A stretch of 32,000 nucleotides of DNA, taken from the NCBI RefSeq assembly GCF_029919255.1, contig NZ_CP123991.1, positions 1,929,833-1,961,832 of the forward strand. The letters are read 5' to 3'. The notes below the pieces were generated by a model that saw nothing but the letters and a program-made list of their open reading frames with translations, made no database searches and was not told where the DNA came from. Shown here one piece after another: positions 28,983 to 32,000 of the stretch. Each line of letters begins with the position of its first letter. Position 1 is the stretch's first letter. The translations under genes and the position numbers were made by a program. This stretch comes from a cyanobacterium endosymbiont of Epithemia clementina EcSB. Lineage in GTDB: Bacteria; Cyanobacteriota; Cyanobacteriia; Cyanobacteriales; Microcystaceae.

Positions 28983-30113
28983 ATGAAATTTGTTGACGAA
29001 TACCGCGATGCTAACTTAGCTCAACAATTTTCCAGGAAAATTGCCCAGATAACCACCAAAGATTGGAAGATAATGGAAATCTGTGGTGGACAAACCCATT
29101 CTATTGTGAAATATGGAATTGATGAACTTTTACCCTCAAAAATTACTTTGATTCATGGACCAGGTTGTCCAGTATGTGTAACCCCTATTCAATTAATTGA
29201 TTCTGCCTTAAAAATTGCTGCTCTTCAAGATGTAATTTTCTGTTCCTTTGGGGATATGTTACGAGTCCCTGGAACCGATGAAGATTTGCTTACCATCAAA
29301 GCAAGGGGGGGCGATGTTCGCATCGTGTATTCTCCTTTGGATTGTCTTAAACTTTCCGAGGAAAATCCTAACAAACAGGTGGTCTTTTTTGCTGTCGGGT
29401 TTGAAACCACTGCCCCTGCGACCGCCATGGTTGTTTATCAAGCTGAACAACGCGCAATAACCAATCTTTCTTTATTAGTGTCTCATGTCCTGGTCCCCCC
29501 CGCCATGGAAACTATTTTAGGGTCACCTCAATCCCAAGTACAAGGATTTTTAGCCGCCGGTCATGTTTGCACAGTAATGGGATATGAAGAATATAATCCC
29601 ATTGCCCAAAAATACGGCGTTCCTATTGTAATAACAGGGTTTGAACCCGTTGATGTTCTCCAAGGAATTTATCTATGTCTGCAACAGTTAGAGTCAGGAC
29701 AAGCATACTGTGAAAATCAGTATGTCCGTTCCGTGGAGCAACAAGGTAATTCTATAGCAAAACAAATTATTCAAGAAGTATTTGAGGTAGTTACCCGTCA
29801 ATGGCGAGGTATTGGGGAGATTAATAAAAGTGGCTTAGGTTTGCGGGAAAAATACGCTAGTTTTGACGCCTTGAAACGGTTTGCTTTAGAATGCCGAGAA
29901 GAGGAGTTACTTTTAACCAAACCCTCTTATGTCTCTTCGATTTGTATTAGTGGGGAAATCATGCAAGGCCGTAAAAAACCCCAGCATTGTCCTGCCTTTG
30001 GGAAAGAATGCGCCCCAGAACATCCGTTAGGCGCACCGATGGTATCCTCAGAAGGAGCTTGTGCTGCTTATTATCGCTATCGTAGTTATCAAAGTCGAAC
30101 ATTGATGGTTTAA
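28983..30113 (+). CDS. hypD: [NiFe]-hydrogenase maturation protein HypD
   Basis: Motifs seen: [53 protein letters not shown], and the C-terminal Cys-rich region ..[31 protein letters not shown]. Confidence 0.93.
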   Translation: MKFVDEYRDANLAQQFSRKIAQITTKDWKIMEICGGQTHSIVKYGIDELLPSKITLIHGPGCPVCVTPIQLIDSALKIAALQDVIFCSFGDMLRVPGTDEDLLTIKARGGDVRIVYSPLDCLKLSEENPNKQVVFFAVGFETTAPATAMVVYQAEQRAITNLSLLVSHVLVPPAMETILGSPQSQVQGFLAAGHVCTVMGYEEYNPIAQKYGVPIVITGFEPVDVLQGIYLCLQQLESGQAYCENQYVRSVEQQGNSIAKQIIQEVFEVVTRQWRGIGEINKSGLGLREKYASFDALKRFALECREEELLLTKPSYVSSICISGEIMQGRKKPQHCPAFGKECAPEHPLGAPMVSSEGACAAYYRYRSYQSRTLMV

Positions 30114-31048
30114 GAAGTCAAAACCTTATGGCAATATCTTTTCTTTTTACTTTGGTCGCAGCCTTGATAACCACAATAAAATTTAACTATACTATAAGTA
30201 CTGTCATTTTATATAAAATCTAAATCTTAAAATGACTGATTATCCTGATCCGAAATATAAAAATTAGCAACCGATACACTAGCGTAGACTTAGATAAGAA
30301 TTATCAAAAGACTCATATTCTATTGGGTTAAAAAGCAATCCAGTTTTTGTTGGTGTTACTGCCATTATCATTAGTTGATTAGACTCCTATTATTTTAAGA
30401 ACCTCTATTATTCTTTAGTTGGGAGAAATCTCTTCCCTTATTCAAAGACTTAATGATAATAAGCTAGAAGTTAGTAACTAAAATTTACTAGTTAACTTTA
30501 AAGCGTAAATTAATATTTTGAAGTCTTTGTTTAATCAATTTCTTATTAGTCGTTTCAGAGAAGATGAAAAGATAGTCTATTATTACTGCTAATCGTTTAT
30601 CCGAGATGTTTAACAATTTGTCTCATGACAGCGTGAACTGTTTCTAGCTAAGAGAAAGTTATGAACTTGTTTATTGAATCAAGTTAAATATAAATTGACT
30701 TTATCCGGTAAATTTTAAGTATTAATAATATAACCATTAATACCTGTTTTAGTAAAGTAAACTAACGTAAATTTATTGGCTATTCTTAGTTAAGGAATAA
30801 ACATGAAATAATTAAAGTAATTAGACAAATTATTTAGTTTTCTTTCGATGTTTTAGTAGTTTTTTAAAAAAAAGTTTAAAACTTAATATTCCCTATAAAA
30901 ACTCGATAAAAAAACTATTTATGACTAGTAGTTGGAATACTTTTTTTATTGAGTTTATGTAATAGAAAATAGTTGTTCTTCTTGAAAAGAAAAGCTAAAA
31001 TTTTCTAAAAGTACCAGCAATTTTAAATTTTAGAGATAGAGAAGAATG

Positions 31049-31103
31049 TTAAAATTGTTAACTTAATGCTTCTTTTTAAAAAGAATTAAGTTAACAATTT
31101 TAA
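31049..31103. repeat. Inverted repeat, 19-bp perfect arms and 17-nt spacer
   Basis: TTAAAATTGTTAACTTAAT (31049-31067) pairs with ATTAAGTTAACAATTTTAA (31085-31103). The spacer itself contains TCTTTTT/AAAAAGA. Confidence 0.9.
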
Positions 31104-31368
31104 AAAATTTCTTATAAAAATATTGTTCAATTTTATATTTATCTTATAAAGATAATTAAGACTTCAATAAAATTAATGAAAGTCTAGTTATTTCAATTTG
31201 AAATATAGTTTATTTATGGTCATAAAATTTGAGAGAATAGAAGCTTATTCTTTTAGTATTTTATAAGCTTTTATAAAGCTAGAGCTAATGAAAGCTGAAG
31301 AGTTGATTGATAATTGACATTAAATCTAAAAAAATTAGTAATTTAAGTAAATTTAAGTTTTTTATAAA

Positions 31369-31401
31369 AAAATAGTTACCATATATTATCGTAACTATTT
31401 T
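31369..31401. repeat. Inverted repeat, 11-bp arms and 11-nt spacer
   Basis: AAAATAGTTAC ... GTAACTATTTT. Confidence 0.75.
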
Positions 31402-31448
31402 ATTCATCCTAGAAAAATAATGTTTAAAATAATTTATTAATCCGCAAC

Positions 31449-31489
31449 TGTTAAGTATGATTATATTAATAATCCAATCATACTTAACA
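31449..31489. repeat. Inverted repeat, 14-bp arms and 13-nt spacer
   Basis: TGTTAAGTATGATT ... AATCATACTTAACA. Confidence 0.85.
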
Positions 31490-31932
31490 AGTTTTATAAC
31501 AATTAGAAAGATGTTTAAAAAAGAAACTAATAATACTAGTAGTTCACGTTTTGTTTTATTAAATGCATTGCCATTTTGTGAAGTACTGATAAGATAATTT
31601 TTAACAATTAAGGTTAATAAGTCTATAGAATAGTTGATTTAGACGTTGAAGTCTATTCTCTAAAGGTATTAATTCAAGAATTTTATATACATCATTAATT
31701 TTATACTTTTCGGAAATTTTAACCAAAGTTAAACATTATTGATTCTTCAATAATGTTAATGATGACTATGGTAAGATATATGGCAATAGTTAAGAACTAG
31801 TAAAGAAAACTCCCCAGCAGCTCAGATACATATTTTTCATGTTATTTATCTAAAAAAAGTATATTTTTATCTAAAAAATCTATACAAAGAAAATAAAAAA
31901 AATAAATCCAAATGGCGCACAAATAGTTCCTA

Positions 31933-31974
31933 TTTTAGTAAGATTAGTTAATTAATTAACTAATCTTACTAAAA
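31933..31974. repeat. Perfect 42-bp palindrome (21-bp arms, no spacer)
   Basis: TTTTAGTAAGATTAGTTAATT|AATTAACTAATCTTACTAAAA. I checked it base by base. Confidence 0.95.
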
Positions 31975-32000
31975 GTAACTTCCGGTATTAGAATACGATT

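Noticed and set aside
28983-30113. HypD motif CGGQTH (Gln where the CGxHxH motif has its first His) and GAPMVSS in the C-terminal Cys region, considered as possible inactivating changes.
   Set aside because: I believe the Gln variant is common in bona fide HypD proteins. I cannot recall the exact C-terminal consensus well enough, so I make no claim without an alignment.
4738-31974. I considered whether the palindromes might form a CRISPR array or a MITE family.
   Set aside because: They are single, widely scattered and have different arm sequences. There are no regularly spaced direct repeats, no shared terminal inverted repeats with target-site duplications, and no cas or transposase genes in the window.

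Overview
This is a cyanobacterial chromosome segment. The evidence is ndhB, two perfect HIP1 GCGATCGC sites, and housekeeping proteins that look Cyanothece/Crocosphaera-like from memory. The genome appears to be in mid-stage reductive evolution. I can support 18 intact protein genes: lptC-like (partial), an atypical OmpR-type regulator, DUF192, a GatD-like amidotransferase, hisF, hisZ, an IMPase-family gene, an FdC2-like ferredoxin, lpxC, bamA, purC, ndhB, mnmA, a small secreted protein, a PfkB kinase, rsmI, rpsD and hypD. By their coordinates these cover only about 51% of the 32 kb. The rest is AT-rich desert in blocks of 0.8-3.3 kb. Hand counts on sample lines give about 23% G+C in the deserts, clearly higher in genes. 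By reading the deserts in six frames I found gene fossils at graded stages of decay. They are a 2Fe-2S ferredoxin-like gene killed by a single 1-nt deletion, a DUF1993 gene with many stops plus frameshifts, an SDR gene with 8 in-frame stops but no net indel, and a TPR gene remnant. Other points of interest: (1) A set of long perfect palindromes or hairpins (13-26 bp arms) occurs only in the deserts. (2) A diverged ~180-bp direct repeat brackets mnmA. (3) hypD and the gatD-like gene are intact but have no intact obligate partner gene beside them in this window. (4) A ferredoxin has a cluster-ligand Cys replaced by Tyr. (5) A response regulator has a degenerate receiver domain. I found no rRNA, tRNA, CRISPR array or intact mobile element, and no convincing novel multi-gene system such as a defence island. 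The unusual biology here is the gene-decay landscape and the palindrome family. All family assignments come from motif recognition by eye, not from database searches. The organism guess is inference only: an obligate, Cyanothece-related symbiont such as a diatom spheroid body.
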